Assembly (NCBI RefSeq): GCF_002571385.2
Contig: NW_019217790.1
Span: 1,399,996 to 1,463,995, forward strand
Direction: 5' to 3'
From: Stylophora pistillata
Lineage: Eukaryota
Length of the DNA stretch: 64,000 nucleotides
Position 1 is the first letter of the stretch. Every line of letters begins with the position of its first letter. This document shows, one piece after another, positions 18,768-34,074 of this stretch. The position numbers and the translations under genes were made by a program. The notes below the pieces were generated by a model, which saw only the letters and a program-made list of their open reading frames with translations, was not told where the DNA came from and did no database searches.

Positions 18768-21700
18768 TTAGTAAAGAGCAGTCCCAGTTTTTTGTATTTC
18801 CTCTTCAAATCCCGCATTCTTTTCCTCGCCCACTGTAACTGCTTTTCCATTAGATGAAATGTTCGCATCTTTGACATACTTTCCACTCCCTCTCCTTCTT
18901 GCCCTGGCATTTTTCCTGAGCCTTTTCACTAACAGATGTAACATAAATGTCACAAACGAAACCACCATTAAAAAGCCCACAACGGCAACTGCAAGAACTA
19001 AACTCGATATTGGCTTCTTTTTATATTCTTTGTCGCTGTCAGGCTTGGATTGCGCTAAAACAAAACGAAACAAATATTTTCGATCAGTTATGTGGATGCT
19101 AAAGACGATTGTTTTCGTGAGTGTTCTCTCAAGTTGAATGGTTCTGGATCTTTCATCACTCGGTGTACACTGTGATGTTGTAATATATTCCTTTGTTGTT
19201 CATTCAAGATGAAAAATGTTCAGACTCATTCGCGGCGGCACCGATTTACCTTTTCAGCTTGCCCCCATTAATATGATCTTTACTGAGACCTATTTAATTG
19301 TTAGAAAATGAAATAGGAGATATGTAATTCTGTCTATCCTGGAAGATATGTAATTCTGTCTATTCTAGAACTAAACTAATATTATTTATTATCCAGCTAT
19401 GCTTCGTAAAGTACAAATAACGCCCAAAGCGAGTACAAATATCTCGCAGTATTTGTACTACAGAGAACAGGTTAGACAAGTTTTCTCGCATTGCGCAAAC
19501 GACGAATTAATTGAAGCTAGGAAAAAAAATGGCGGACGTACTCCCTGTAGATAATCTCTTATTAGACATTTTGTTGTGTTGTATCTCTGAGTACTTTTAC
19601 TCGTTGTTTGTATTTTGACGAGCCCGCAAGGCGAGTCAAAATACGGCACAACTCGCAAAATATTCAGCGATACTATAAAACAAAACGTCTAATAAGATAT
19701 ATGTATTATTTAATATTTATTTAGTATAAATCGGGTAACATTCTATCACAAATACCGCAATCTGATTGGCTCTGCAACTCGTTCTATATTCCGTGATAAA
19801 TAGCTAGTATAAAGAGACGCCTAACAGTGTCCAGTTGTCAACAAAATAGAAAGAAAACACGAACCTATCCTCAGTTTTGAACGACTAGTAGACTTAAAAT
19901 AAAACGGTTTCTATCTATGATAGTATATTCGTGCGTCCCCCTCCATCAGCTATCAAGCGATAGAAATCTTGCGCTGCTCATAGTCCAATTGTTAAATACA
20001 GTGTATTGATTTTTGATATTACCTGTTGTCCCTATCTTGCTCTCTTTGTTTGGATCACTGTTAAATCCTCCGTTAACTTTGGAAATAACTACAGGGTTTG
20101 TTCTAAGAATTCTGGGAGTTGTCTCTGAAGAGAAAATGAACAGCGTGAACAGTGAGAAAATAACAAAACCTTTTTTTTACCTCCAACATCTAAATACCAG
20201 TCATCTTGTAGATCGAAATTCAATTTCTTGACGAGTCGTTAGTGTTTAGAATTAAGCGCTTTATCGAATAATCTTTTCGCCATTCTGCTAAAGATATATA
20301 TTTTTTTTGTTCTCATGATCCATATCAATGGCTGTTAGTTATTTCCGGAATACAATTGACAGTAGGATTTAAATTTAACCTTGGCCCGTTATCCCAAATT
20401 TATCTCAAACCACAATATCGTTTTATACGCCCGCGTACGTGTGTTAGCCTTCAATCTTGATTTCCTCGATCGTGGTTTCAAGCCGCAGACTGCTTGCGGG
20501 CGCCAAAAGATCGTAATCGATACCGCAACAAACAGATTGCGATTGTCCGGCGGTATCCAATCACTTCGAGTCCTAATGGTACTGTATTGGAGGAGTGCGG
20601 TCTGTTGGCTCATCAGGAGCACGAAACGTTTTAAAGTTGTTTGTGGAGGGCGGGAATGATTTGCGGTTCGAGGATTTTGAGAGGAGTTCACCGAAAACTG
20701 TGTGAAATTTTATCAAAACGTGCGCAAAATTTATATTTTAAAGGTGCGCAAGTTCATTATTACGTACCACCAGAATTTATCCGCGGATAGAAATCTAAGA
20801 GAGCATATTATTAATGATATATCAGAGATTGATTATCGTCACTACGGGGCTGAAAGGTAAAATCAAACCAGTTTCACTGAAATTTGCCTCCGGTCTTTTC
20901 GTCCAAGGGTCTTTTCGTCCAAGGGTCTTTTCGTCCAAGGGTCTTTTCGTCCGAAAGTCTTTTCGTCCAAGTCTTTTCGTCCAAAAGTATATTCATCTTA
21001 AGTCTGTACGTCTAATTGTTAAGTCTTTCCGCGAAGCAAATAAATAACTATTATATTATATTACAGATAAGGCTATATAAAGAACTTACGTATACCAGTG
21101 CGAGCCGTTGCCCTTTTGGTTCACCAATCTTCGTTTACGTCATGAATTTAACGATAAATACACAGAGAATGAATGAAGTTGTAACGCAATATATTTTATT
21201 AAATAGTGGCAAAAATAAAGAATTGCTTGCCGCTTAATTATTTCACGCGAAAGAAATGGGAATATTAGACTTGTTGTTAAGTGTCTATTGAGCGTAAAAG
21301 GCAACGAAATGTAACATCACTACGTGTCCGACATACCCAACAACATAGTAAACCTTCGTTAGAGCGAATGAGGAAGGATTGGTGACTAAAGCTATCGGAA
21401 CTAAAATGGCGGCGGCTCGCAACAAGTTCTTTATATAGCCTTATCTAGCCTTCTAAAAGTTATTTATTTGCTTCGAGAAAAGACTTAACAAGTAAACGAA
21501 CAGACTTAGGTGAAAATACTTTTGGACGAAAAGATTTCAAAACAGGTCGTGCTAATAACATAGGCAAATTGGCTCATATGTATTTACATCAGTTATATGA
21601 ATTCATTGCCTTGTGTGAAGTGTTACGGATGATCGACCAAAGGAGTAACATTTTCACCGAAACTACTTTCAGTACGAAGTATATTTTCAGTGCAGTTGGG

Positions 21701-24700
21701 TTTCTATGATTGCGCAGAAGTGCCTAGACACCGTATTCGATGCTTCAACGTGTAATAGGACGTGTATTTTCTGATTTGCGTAACAATTTTTAAGACGAGT
21801 TGCCCGTCGGGGCGAAGAAAAGTACGGCTAATGAGGTGAGATATCAAACCATCCAATAAGGAATTTGTTAATCCACCATGATTTCAAAATCTAGTATTTT
21901 GGCTTCCAGTTTTCGAAATTCGTATCAGAGCCTCGTCTGTGCATCGTATCGATCGCTGAAGGTGAGCGCAAAAGAGAAAAACAAAACAGACGAAACCATC
22001 AAAGTATTATCATGGCCAACAAAAACATTTATAGCACTGTTGCCCAGCTGTTCTGCAATGTGATAACGTAGCTGATTTTTCGCGTCCCAGTGCCCTAATA
22101 TGGTAAAATGGCGTAATTGTGGAACGGCGTATTTTTTGGAATAATAATTAAAAAGATAATGCGGCGGGATAAAGTTTAATTGATCTGGTACCAACCTAAA
22201 ACTTGGGTTTCAGTTGTATTCGGCCATGGTAGAGGCCAGTGAGAAAGCTTGCACAAACCATCTCCGGCATGAATTTCAGGGTAGTAAGGTATACATTGTG
22301 GAAAGTCGATGTTGTGCCTTTTAAATTCCTCGTCACAATCACGTCTCACCTCCTGGCACATTGATGGACAGGCATGAAGGGTGGAGCCATCATTACTTAC
22401 ACAAGGTGCAGTCTCAATGAAGCAGGCAAACCGTCTTAACTTGACAGAGCAACTTGAGTTTAGGACAGGGCTGAGATCGCTGAGAAAAGACCGGAGTCGA
22501 TTTCTCGTATTATTTCCTAGGCCACTGAAATTGTCTTTCAAACAGGCAGGCCGACTTGCCGTTTCACAACTTGGTAATAATGGCTCTACGAAACAATAGA
22601 AAAAAAAGACACTTTTCCTTTAGTATTCTAGTTTAATGTGTTTATTTAGTCCTTTTAGTTCCCACAGTTCGTCCAAAGATCTAACGTAAAGGAGGTTAAT
22701 GAACCACTGGTAAAACTTGACAAGTTTCTACATGAAAAGTTCTTCAGTGGCAATGTTTAAGAATATGTCAATGTTACTCGAAACGTCGCCTTGACACGTT
22801 CCCTTATCCAAAATCTTAACATGCCTTTTTTTTTGGACTTAGAGATTTGTCAAGGGAAAAGTTAATTGATCTAGTAACTTGCTACAGGAAACTGGCAGAA
22901 TACCGTTATAATGGGCTCCTGTTTAAAGAGAATTTCTATTCTTTGCCAGCAAGTTGCCATTGTCAAGTACCTTTAAATCTTATTTTTTGTCACTAATGGC
23001 TTAATTCTCTCGCGGTAGCGAACAATTCATGCCAAGTACTCATCACGTGTTATCTTTCCCGGCCATGTGAATGTAGGTAGTTTCAATATCTTGTTAGTAA
23101 GAAGTGGTGTAACCCAAAAACCTTACACCTATCTTGAGTAAAAGGCTAGCTCTCGAAACTTCAGCCTTTCAAAATTAATTGCAGAAATGACCGAGCCCTT
23201 CTCGACTTCAAGTTGTTGATGACTTAAGTATTGCGGAAATTCCGCTCGCCCGCCAACGCTCCAAACAGATTTTCAAGAAAAAAAATTTACTCTGATTTTT
23301 TACGACTTTTGTTTTCTTGATTTTTTAAAATCTCTTGAACTCACAATTTCAAAGCAACGAATAGGAAATGGTACAACTCAAAAACAAAACAGCAACTCTG
23401 CGGGCAGAACCATTTATAAAAATTCAACAGATTTCAATGCAACTCACTGCTATTTTTGGCCAAACATCGTTCAATACGCATGGAACTTGTTCGATATCGG
23501 ACCCCAAATAGGATACTTGATTTCACTCTTTCTTAAAATATTTACACTATAACTTCATGAAGCGAAAATTTGAATTTGAAAGACAGCAGTGGCTAAGAGT
23601 GAAACAAACAAAAAATCATAAACGATGTCAAAAGTCAAACATCTGCGAGACTAAGAGCAACCCAGCAAAGTTTGTCGCAAAAATTAAAACAAATTAATAA
23701 ATAAGATTAAATATGTTTGAGTCAAGCGATCTAAGTACGATGAACAGTTAAATTCTGCGCGTGCGCGCCTTGTTACCTGTCGCGTGAATTTTGCCGACGT
23801 TTTTATACCGCCACGAACGGAACTGTGAATGGGGAACTTCTTTCATTCTATAAGTCTACGAGAGAAAGTTTTGAATCGTTTATACCTGATCACTCTCTTA
23901 TTTTCGACGCAGTTTCGTGTGCTGAGTTGTTTTGTTCTACAAAAAACAAATATTTAACACTTGACATGAAAGTCTGTATAACGTTTTATATTTTCACAGT
24001 TCGTTTTTTGTTTGCACGGTCTGTTTAAAGAGGTTGCTATCACTACACATAAACAGCGAAAATATTTTTTTCATCGTCACGACATTCCGGACTAATTTGC
24101 CAAGTGTTTAAAATTCTTTGATCTAGAGATGCCATCAGTCTTCAATTCGATCAATAGGTGCCTTTATGAATTTTCTTCCCTGTTATAAAATGCATGCATT
24201 TTAATTTTTCTAAGTTGTTAGGACATTTGTTGAATAGTTGAAGTACTTGTAATTAGAAATATTAAGCTGGCGGGGTAAGTTCTTTTATCATTAGTGTCAC
24301 CAGAGGATTTATTGCATAGGTTTCAACCTTTGAACCAGTGTTCGATGTTAACGGCCCACGTGAAATTGTAAGAAGCCGATCAGTGGCATGAAAATAATTT
24401 CAAGAGTGATTTTTTCATTAAACGAAACCCGAGGGTAGCTTTGTGTGTCCTCCGAACTAAATTTTGCTCAGCTGAGGCAAACTCAAATTGAATTACACTA
24501 GGTACTTTTCAGTAAATCAAACTACGGCTGAATTGTTTAGAAAAACGTATGAGTGAAAAAGATGCACCTTTTTTCGTTTTAAGAACCTTTTCATGATAGG
24601 AATATCTGGGTTGAATTGGCGAAAATCAATGAAGATGTTAAAAAATAGTGCCAAAGCTGAGATTTAATTGAGAAAACATTTTGGCGTTTTGATGGAAAAT

Positions 24701-25568
24701 GATTTAAAAATACTATGAAATCACTTTTCTCATATTAACTTTCCCTCATCTTTGAAGTTTTAATAATAATAATAATATATTTATATAGCGCGTACATCAA
24801 ACACTTCTCGTGGCGCTTTACAATACTATGAAATAATAAAATAACCTAATAACCTAAGTTTTGCAGTCAGTGAGTTGATGTGATGTTCTTTTTTTGCTAA
24901 CAAAACGGCTTGACTTATAATTCATTGCACAAATACCACATGAATTGTAAACAATATTTAACCAACGGTCGTCTATAAATTTCAAAGAATATATTTAGCT
25001 TACGCATCAGAAACATACATTGTAATAAAGTGTGTGCAGCTAGAAAACTTCCTAAAAGATTGCAAAAAAAATTCAAGAATATTATTCAATTTTTCAGTAT
25101 ATGCTCACCTTTTTTATTTGGTCGAGGAACAAATCCAGCTGGTTTTAAACATTGCATAGATGCTTCTCTCTTAGAAGAAAGAAGTCTACAGTAGGCAACG
25201 TAACGTCTATACAGTCCACTGTCTTTTAATTCTTTATGACAATCGTCCACAAATTGATCACACACTTCTCTACAGGGTAGAATGGGGCCTTCGACGTCCT
25301 TGGAACATTTCGGAAGGTAACAAGAGCACACGAACATCCTAGAATAAGGAGAACAACTGTTGAAACGATCAGAAAAGTGGGTGACTTCTGATGAAACATG
25401 CTCTTGATAGCTCCGTCCTCCAATTTGTGAAAAATTCGCTGTAGATTTGTAGCCAACGTTGGCGCAAGCTGGAAGCTGAGTAACGTCAATTTGTTGGCAT
25501 TTGCCAGCGTATGTCGAATCAAGAGTAAGAAAAAACGCGCAGTATAAAATCAAGAGTATGAGAAACAT
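18768..25568 (-). CDS. Double Frizzled-CRD single-pass membrane protein, gene A; exons 25109-25568, 22196-22585, 20023-20124, 18768-19054
   Basis: Signal peptide MFLILLILYCAFFLTLDSTYA; CRD1 (..CSPYSRMFVCSCYLPKC..PILPCREVCDQFVDDC); CRD2 ending GLCKLSHWP; TM LVLAVAVVGFLMVVSFVTFMLHLLV then KRLRK. All introns phase 1, GT-AG. Confidence 0.8.
19550..19702. repeat. Short fold-back (hairpin) repeat; similar hairpin elements at 29823-29942, 39869-40046 and 31020-31210 (related copy ~45060-45382)
   Basis: Self-complementary arms visible in sequence, e.g. tcttattagac...gtctaataaga and tatcttattaaccaagc...gcttggttaataagata. Confidence 0.7.
20890..21545. mobile_element. Probable non-autonomous DNA transposon with subterminal tandem repeats
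   Basis: About six copies of a 14-16-bp unit gtcttttcgtccaagg at 20893-20985, and inverted degenerate units (ttttggacgaaaagat) near 21470-21540. Confidence 0.55.
24762..24826 (-). mobile_element. 3' tail of an L2/CR1-type LINE or partner SINE
   Basis: Minus strand reads ttgtaaagcgcc...gcgctatataaat followed by an (att)n tail. Confidence 0.55.
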
Positions 25569-28500
25569 GGTTGATAGGTTTCAACTTGATAAGAACGAAA
25601 AGTGATATAATCATTTTTGAGTCAGGCTGTCATTATACAACGAAGGAAATTTGATATTGAACACCGAAACCAATACTTAAATATATCTCTGCTTCTTCTC
25701 GTAAAAAGGATCGTGACATTGGTCATGGGACGATGAAATTCTATGGGAAACGTATTGATGTGATCATAATGATCAGATTTTCAGCTGAAAAGGAATTATA
25801 ATATGAAAAGAAGGATGTTGAGTGGGATCGCTGGCAACAGCACTTCTGCGGCAAAACTGCTCGTGTGACTAAAACGCGATTGGATAAAATTCACTTCACT
25901 TTCTTAAAAGAGGAAATTTTATGATAAGTTTTCAAAGTACTGCTCGACGTTAAAAAAAAGGTATTTGACCGATGGTCTAGTATAAGGATGTCATCGCTCA
26001 CATCTAAAAATAAATCCTCGAACAGACAAAATCATAAATCTCGAGGTGTTTTGAAGACTGCGGGTAGCCGTCAAGTGTTCTACAAAACCCTGTGAACGAG
26101 AACTCAAGGAAACATTTTATTTTCAAAAACTCGACACCTCATAACCTCACACAAAAGACCTCTCGCACCTTGAGTAACTCGTGTTCAAATTAGCTAGTGC
26201 TAAATGACCAATCTTCCGGGCGAGGCTTCCGGAAGCTTCTTGGCATATTGTAACTGTGGGCCGGAAAATGATTCTCACGATACGAATCGTTACCAGCCTC
26301 GCGACTATCAGGTCTAAGGAAAGTTTCAAATAGACTTTACTGATTTCAAGTGAAGCAAATCTGCTCGAAGGATCCAGTTGTAACCATTACGATCACAATG
26401 GTAAAATGGAGAGGTAAAATGTGGTTGTTGAATTTTTCCGGCATGTCTTTCTCTCTCTGGAGTGACCAATTTTTTAATTTCTCCTCGCAGTATCAACATA
26501 TCATACCGTGTAGGAAGGTGACGAGAGGAAAGAAAATTATTAAATAGGGAATGTTGATTGATGTTACATCAAATTCTCAGAACTGAGATTATACAAGAAG
26601 TATGGAAGAGAGTTATAAGAAATTGATGTTACGATCTTGGAGGGGAAATAATTTGAGTCAATTTTAACGTCATTGAGAACTACCTTAAATATAACTAGGA
26701 TTTAACCTCGAAACGATATTTTGCTTAGGTACATAAATAATAATCTTTGCATGGGTACATGAATGATAATTGTTTGCTTGGATACATAAACATCCAAGAT
26801 AAAAATAAATCGAAAAGGAATGAGGTTGGTAACATGTGACGAAAACTGACACAGATTGCGAAAGACATGAGAACCGGCAAAGTGACGAAATTTGGGCTAA
26901 ATCTGAGAAACCGCGATATGTTAGCATCTCGTCGAAAAACTTCTCCAAACCAATGGGATGGCGTTATTTTCGTCGCACGAACGTTGACTGTATTTACATC
27001 GATTAAGGTCTGCGCAAAGTGTTGCAGACGTAATTCCCATCCGGCCTCTCTCCCGAATGGACGGTGCGAGGAATGATTCGGAAATTAGACATTTCCCAGT
27101 CTCTTTTGCCGAGATCAGGTTTCTGGGATTTTCTAAAACACATCCCGTTTCGCGTTGAAAAACAAAATATAAATATATTTAATTTTTAAATATATATTTC
27201 TATATACGTATAATTATAGGCGAGGAATAATTCTTGCACTGTCTGATCCGGCGATTTACTGGGAGATCAGACTAGTAGACCAGAATAACTCTGAATCATT
27301 TCAGCTCTTTTTCTCTCAGTTTTAACACCAGTACGGCCTGCTTTATTCGCTCTTTAAAAAACAAAAAAAAGTAAGAATGTTTCATTAGCAAAAACAGGTT
27401 TATTAAGAAGCAATATACAAGAAAAAAAAAAAACACGAGGTGACATGTAAATCTTGAGACGCTTCAGAAAACTCTCAAGTGAGTAAGGACTTGACTTGAC
27501 TCTGCGAAGGACCAAGTAAGTGAGCCATATTTTTATAATGCATGTTTATAACACAAAGCCAGCCCACGTAATCTCTCAAGTCAGAAGCTCATGCCAAAAG
27601 TACTCAACAATACTTGAGATTCTTGAGCTCAGAATATTGAAAAATCGTTAGTAGATTGCATAATACATAAAAACATAATTTACAATGATTCAACCAATAA
27701 GCCCAGTAGACATGTGAAACTCTTGATTCTCATTTAATTTTTCTACGGAATGGGCTGTGCAAACCGAGCTGTTGTCTCTGAAGAAAACCATGTAAGCTTC
27801 ATACGATGGCCGCAAGATCGAGGTAAAGACAGCCGTGCACAACGCATAACGATCCAATTATTCTAGAGATAGGCTTGCCACAATCGATTTAAATTTTGCT
27901 CACAGCACTCGTCGTTAAATTTTACAGTTTCGTTCCGCCTAGCTGCTAAGGAATCGTTTTCGGTGATTGCAGCAGTCTTTTCTCGTTGTTTTACCCGAGC
28001 TAGTCATCATAAAGCTACTGTTAAAAATCTCCCAATCATTAAAATTGTAATAAACAGTGCCTCGCATATTTGTTTGTTAAACTTCTCGATCTTTGATAAG
28101 GATTTGTCTCATTTTAAGTGGCGGGAAAAATATTCAGCAAAGAAGGACTTCAGATTAAAAGTTCGGTAAGATAGTAATAAAAAGAAAAAACCACAGAGAT
28201 AACGACAAATTAAAAAGGAAGAGAACTAGAAATAATATGGCTAAGAATGGACGAGATCAAGTTGATGCAGATTTGAAATGATTTTAAAAAGTATTAGCAA
28301 TTTTTCTGGGGCAATATAGAAAAACACAAAAGCCTGAGGTACTAATAAACCAAAAAGATGAAAACGTTAACTAAGGAGGGAGGAGATTGAAACGGATTGT
28401 AAATGACGAACTTGGCTTAAATCTTACACAGGCCAAATTTTCTGACAATATACAAACTTTTCGTGAAGGGGTAAGAAGTACAGAAGAGCTGCACCATTAC

Positions 28501-28572
28501 TACAAGACTTTTGATGGAAGAAGAGCAATGACTTCTCTTAAAGAAACAATGAGGAAGAGTCTTGATTTCGCG

Positions 28573-31500
28573 TTATGCAGTCGGGTCATCAGGTTCGGTG
28601 TAAGTCGATCGCTGCTGTGTATAACCGCTTGTCCTCTGGTTGTAGCGCCTGCGCACAGTTATGGCAAGGTAGATGAAGATGATCGCAAAAAGTGGCACCA
28701 AAACGAGGGCAGCAATGAGACCCGGTGGAAAGGACTGGGGCGATATTATATTAGTCCGTGGACCTAAAAGGGAAAGAACAAAGCTGGTCATAAGATGAGC
28801 TTCAAAAAAACTCTGACAGCAAGGACTGGCCCGTTAGATAACGAAGGCGCATTTATGGAAAAAGGGTATTTTCCATTTTAAATTTTTACGTCAGATTTTA
28901 GCCGGTTAAAAGCCTTCTCTGTCGTCGGAATTCTTTTTTTGACTAAAAACGAAAAGGCTTCAAAACATTTCCGCCGGCGCCCCAGCAGACGTCAACACTT
29001 ATGATTCACGCGACAAAAAAATTGTTTTGCAGAGTATGAGGAACAAAAAATGTACTTTATTGTCTTCCTGAATATCACCCGGTCCGTCTTGATGTTGAAC
29101 AACGTATTTTATACAAGGACAATTACTCAATCGTTATTGATGATATTTTGAAGTCTATATTTGTTGATAAAAGAGGGGAAAAAACGGCAGAATCACGTAG
29201 GAAGTTCTTGAATATTGCCAGATCGCTTAAATTTACGAAAGACATGACCCAACGTCCTCTACGCAAGTGGCTATATTTGGCATAAATTGCAAATAACAAT
29301 TCCGTGTTATCAAGTGTATAGAGGCGTTAAGATTGAATTAGGGAATATGAAGAAAAGTTTATTCTGGGAAAATATAAATATTGACCAAGGACGTGAGATA
29401 GTACACTAATAAAGTGATGTAAAAAAAAGAGAAGCTAACAAAACCGCCGATACCACTGACAATGCTGATACATTCCAAAGTTGTTTCATGGAGGTGATCA
29501 AACTCATTGTCGTTAACTGCATAGAAGGAAGCTTTCGCTTTTACCGTGATAGGGGAGGAAGTGAAGTCAAAGAGAATAAATATATTTTGAGTTGGAGAAG
29601 TTTTAGTACACAACAGATTGCATGGTTTGTGTAGCTAAGGTAATGTTCCACTCACAAATGACCAGTTTATGCACGCATCCAAAATTGAATCAGTACCAAA
29701 GAAGCTCTTACCTGAATACAGACATTTGGTGTTAAAGTTAGCTTTTAGAAAATCTCAAAAACTAGCTCATGATGCAGAAAAATATGTTAATTCTGTCTTA
29801 CGTAGATAGCTTAGATTAGAAATATATCTTATTAACCAAGCGCGAGGGCCGTACTGGGAGAATATCGCTCGGTCCGTACAAAAAAGACTGAGGGCCGATA
29901 TTCTTCCAGTACGGTTCCGAGCAAGCTTGGTTAATAAGATATATTTAATTTGTGAAACCGGCTGAAACCAATATTAGAAATGCATGTGTGAGACCTTCTA
30001 TTGATTCACTGGTTTGGAATTTCACGCGTTGTCGGCATTATACTGACCCCCCAAAAAAGAGTTTTGCGGTGAAACGCGATTTGACGCGACTGGAAAATTG
30101 AAAAAGTTTTCGAAATTGTTCATATATTGCTGAAAATTTAAACAGGCATCACTGAAGTAAAACTAAGGTTCTCACCGAAAGCAGAGGAATTATTATGTGA
30201 GGATTTTCAATTGCACTGATTTGTTCTCTCTCCGTCTCTCCCCTGCAAAAGCATGTACAGCAACCTAGCGTTTGTCAGAGGACGATTTTTTAAGTCTGTT
30301 CTCTGAAATTTCCAAAAGTTTCCTTTGTTTAGTTCATCGACACAAGCGAGCCTCTTTCCAACCTTAAATGTGTCCAGTGTGTGAGTAATCGTTTTGGGAC
30401 AAAGCATAATTGGCCAGGCTTTTCTTCAAAAATTACCGACAACAACTTCGCAAGGCGTGCTCATGTTGAAAGGATTTGTCAAATCATAACGAGACAGAAT
30501 ATCTTGCTGAGCAAACTAATGCTGGACAAATTTTATGCCTCCCAAAATTTTAGGATTCTGACGACACCCAGACGAGATATTCAATGTAAAGAGCTTATTC
30601 AGAATGATACAGCCAGTCTTGTAGTATAAGCATCCTATTAGAAATGGTCAAACCCAAGACTGACGCTTAAATAATCCGAAACCACCATGATGACCCATGA
30701 TGCCACACGAACTCTTCAACGTGCCATCAGAATAATTATTTCTGACTAATTCGTTCCCATATCACTCAAACGTCAGAAATAACATTTTACTGTGGGAAGA
30801 GGTGGAAGAAAGGGAATGGGGTTGGGCGAGAGCTTCCAAGCCTTCCCACTCCTCCTCCGCTACCTTTGATGGTAGCTGGACGAACAGTTTGCGATCAAAC
30901 TATGAAGTCAAATTCTCTCACAGCAGTCACATTATCTCTTAATGTCAATCTACAATGCATTTGTTATCTAAATGGTTAAGATAATAACCAACATGATGAT
31001 TTGGCTGCTATTTTTAATTAACAAATGGTAAACACCACAGCGTACACTATTGAGTTATGGATGCACGCGGGAGGTTGCTAAGCACGAAAGAAGCGTAAGA
31101 GTCGCTCGAGGCGATAGCCGAGAGCGACTCTAGCTTCCTGAGTGCTTAGCAAACCTGCCAAGTGCATCCATAACTCAATAGTGTACGCTGTGGTGTTTAC
31201 CATTTGTTTTATAACATAACATTGATATATTGTAGCTAAAGAGTTCCTTTTATTTAACAAATCTTACGCGACCAGAAAAAACAAACGCGCGCGGAAAAAT
31301 AGTCTTTGCATTTGCTCACGTCAGCAGCGTACACCCATGGGCAAATGGGGGACGCTAAATTGACCAATCAGAGCGCGCGCTTTACTTTGGTTATGTTATA
31401 AAGAGGTATATTCGGTGAGAAAGCCTTCTTATATTCTCACCTGATTCCCAATGTCTCGCACTTGGCCACCTGTTTAGCTCACAAAAACCGCTTTTCGAAT

Positions 31501-34074
31501 ATCCCTCAGCCGGCTCAGCGCAGTAGGCTATCACTTCCGCAATATTAGCTGCTTCTGGACAATCGTCAAACAGGTCAACACACTCTGACCTGCATAGTGT
31601 CTCCATCTTGTTTCCTTTACATGGGGGTGTGTACGATGCACAAGCCAGCTTCGCGAGAATATTCTTACACTTCTCACTTTTGACGTTTTTCATCCACTGT
31701 CTCATAGTCTTGCTTTCCTTTTCTTGGAAGGTTTTGTTCTGTGTTTTTCCTGGTACAAAAGTATTCCGCCCGCCACTGAACAGTTCACTGCAGTTTTCAT
31801 ATTTAACCTTTTCTTTACAAGACAAACCTGTGTGTGTTACAGAAGAAGAAGGAAAACGATCACTATTTACTTTGAAAAGTGAACATACGGGAAGTGGAGT
31901 GGTAATGAACGGAGGGGAAGGGTGTCATCTTATTTTAAAATGTGTGTGGTGATCATGATCTATTCACTTGTTAAATTGGTAGTGAAACCGTTTCCTTTCA
32001 GCAATTTCAAACAAAAAGTTCTCGATTGAAAATGGAGAATGGGCATTTCTTTGTTTTGTTTTTTTTTTTTACTCGAGCTTCCTGTGGAATGCCCGAGTTA
32101 TAAATTGGGCTTCGTTATTTTCCGTCTTGAGACGTAAAACGCAGTCTAGCAAGCAAAGCGCATGCGCTCAGTATGCTTTATCAGTTGCGAAGTAAGCAAG
32201 CAACTATACGGCATTCAATCGGGAAGTGTATACCCAGGTAAGCTTCAAAGCATATGGTTATCATGACGACCAGAAACATGCCCCGTGATTCAAGGGTAAA
32301 TATGTCTTATCATACACTCAAACTAAATACAAAAGCACACACTTCGTAGTAGACCTACACTACAAGTTGTCGAGCGTTTTCGGATAACAAGCAGAAATTA
32401 AATGAAACAACACTCTTCGTCAGTTTACATGCCTTTGTATACATTCCTAAGCAAAGAAGCCCGAGTTCACGCAGTTAGGTGTCTAGCTTTTCATTAACTT
32501 AGGCTTCATTGTGAAAACAACAGTATTTTTTTTTTTTTAGCGGGCACAAATGTTTTGGGCCCAACTCAGAGTCATTTAAGACTGAGCCGCTTGGCAAGGG
32601 CTAGGATGACTCTAAGAAGGGCCCAAAATATATTCATGCCCAAGGATATAAGGACTGTAAAGAAGGGACTGAGCCGGGAGCTCCATTACAGCTGGAGCAG
32701 CATTGAAAAACTGGTTAAAGATAAGCAGGGTTGGAAGGATCTCGTTGCTGCCCTCATGTGCTCCACAGGCATGATGGGCAGTAAGTAAGTAGTAAGTAAG
32801 GATATAAACTGTTTTACTACTGTCATCATTTTGAAGGGTATTGGGAAAAAAAAAACTATAACTGCAGAGTCTGAACAATCACGCGAGGGTACGAGCGGGC
32901 TAGAATGTTCTAAAATTCATTTTGCTCGAAAAAATGCGCCACAATGCCCGAAAAGTGATGATGATTTTCAGTTTATTCCCGTTTTGTCATTTTGTTTTAC
33001 TTTTTGATGAATAAAGAACAGAGCTTTTCCGGTTTTGTCTTACGACTTTTCGGAGCAAAGTCTTAACAATTTACCTCAATATGGATCATTTTTCTTGCCG
33101 CCTTTTTGTTCACAGCTTATTTTCATACCGGGTTTTAGCTTTTAGACGCGTTGATGGTTGTTTTTGTCAGTTTCCGGTTTCCGATAAACACCAATGCCCC
33201 CCTTTAATGTCAAAATTAACACCCCGAATTTATCGGTATTTGCTCGCTAAGAATGTTAGCCAAAGATGTTACCCATTGTAAACGTTACTGAAATTACTTT
33301 CTCGTTGCTCGTCGATGCTGAGGAAAGAAGTAACTTTTCACAAAGGGCAATAGACCACTTTCATAAATGGCTGCCGGATTATTTAAATTTAAATTAGTCC
33401 CTACTGGCCTCGTTCTCCAGTACAAAATTCAAAAGAATACATTATCTCAAGCGAGGCCAGTAGGGCTAATTTAAATTTAAACAAAAGAATATTTATACGG
33501 CAGCCATTTATTAAAGTGGTCTATTTATGAACTACAGAACAACAATCACTAGATTTAATTAGGTTTCGTTCAACATCGACATGTTCATATGCTTACCTCG
33601 AGTAAAGCTTGCTTTTGAATGCATGAAATTCTCGGGTTTAATACATCTAGGGTTTTCGGTCTTATTTTGTAGAACACTGCATAGCGACTTTAACCAGTTC
33701 AATCCAGTGAAATCCATTTGCGTGCCACAGTCGTTGACAAATTCCCAACAAACTTCTTGGCAAGGTAGTAGCGGTCCCTTCTCGTGGCATCTCGGTACGT
33801 ACAGCGAACAGAGCATAAAGGATGTGTACTTTGAGCAATCATCGAGTTTTACCGTAATGTAGTTGATTATATCCGCATAGCTTCTGGCGTAATACTTATT
33901 CGCAAGACTTACAACCGTGACATTGAAGCCTTCTTTGACACAATCTGGGAATTTTGTCGCATCTACTTTGCCACAATTTGATAGCGCCGAGATCGGGTCG
34001 CTCTGATCCGTCTTTCGAGGTAGATTTGTCACGGACACAATGAACGCTATGTTTAAAACGACTTTTGCATTCAT
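28573..34074 (-). CDS. Double Frizzled-CRD single-pass membrane protein, gene B; exons 33597-34074, 31441-31827, 28573-28763
   Basis: Hydrophobic N-terminus; CRD1 with GFNVT and CSLYVPRC..PLLPCQEVCWEFVNDC; CRD2 ending GFCELNRWPSARHW; TM LIAALVLVPLFAIIFIYLAITV then RRR; tail SGYTQQ. Phase-1 introns. Confidence 0.85.
32649..32799 (+). mobile_element. 3' end of an RTE-like LINE
   Basis: RTVKK..ELHYSWSSIEKLVKDKQGWKDLVAALMCSTG..* immediately followed by a (GTAA)n tail. Confidence 0.65.

Noticed and set aside
20893-20985. CRISPR-like array (also the 15-bp tandem at 56222-56275)
   Set aside because: Contiguous tandem units with no unique spacers, in a eukaryotic context.
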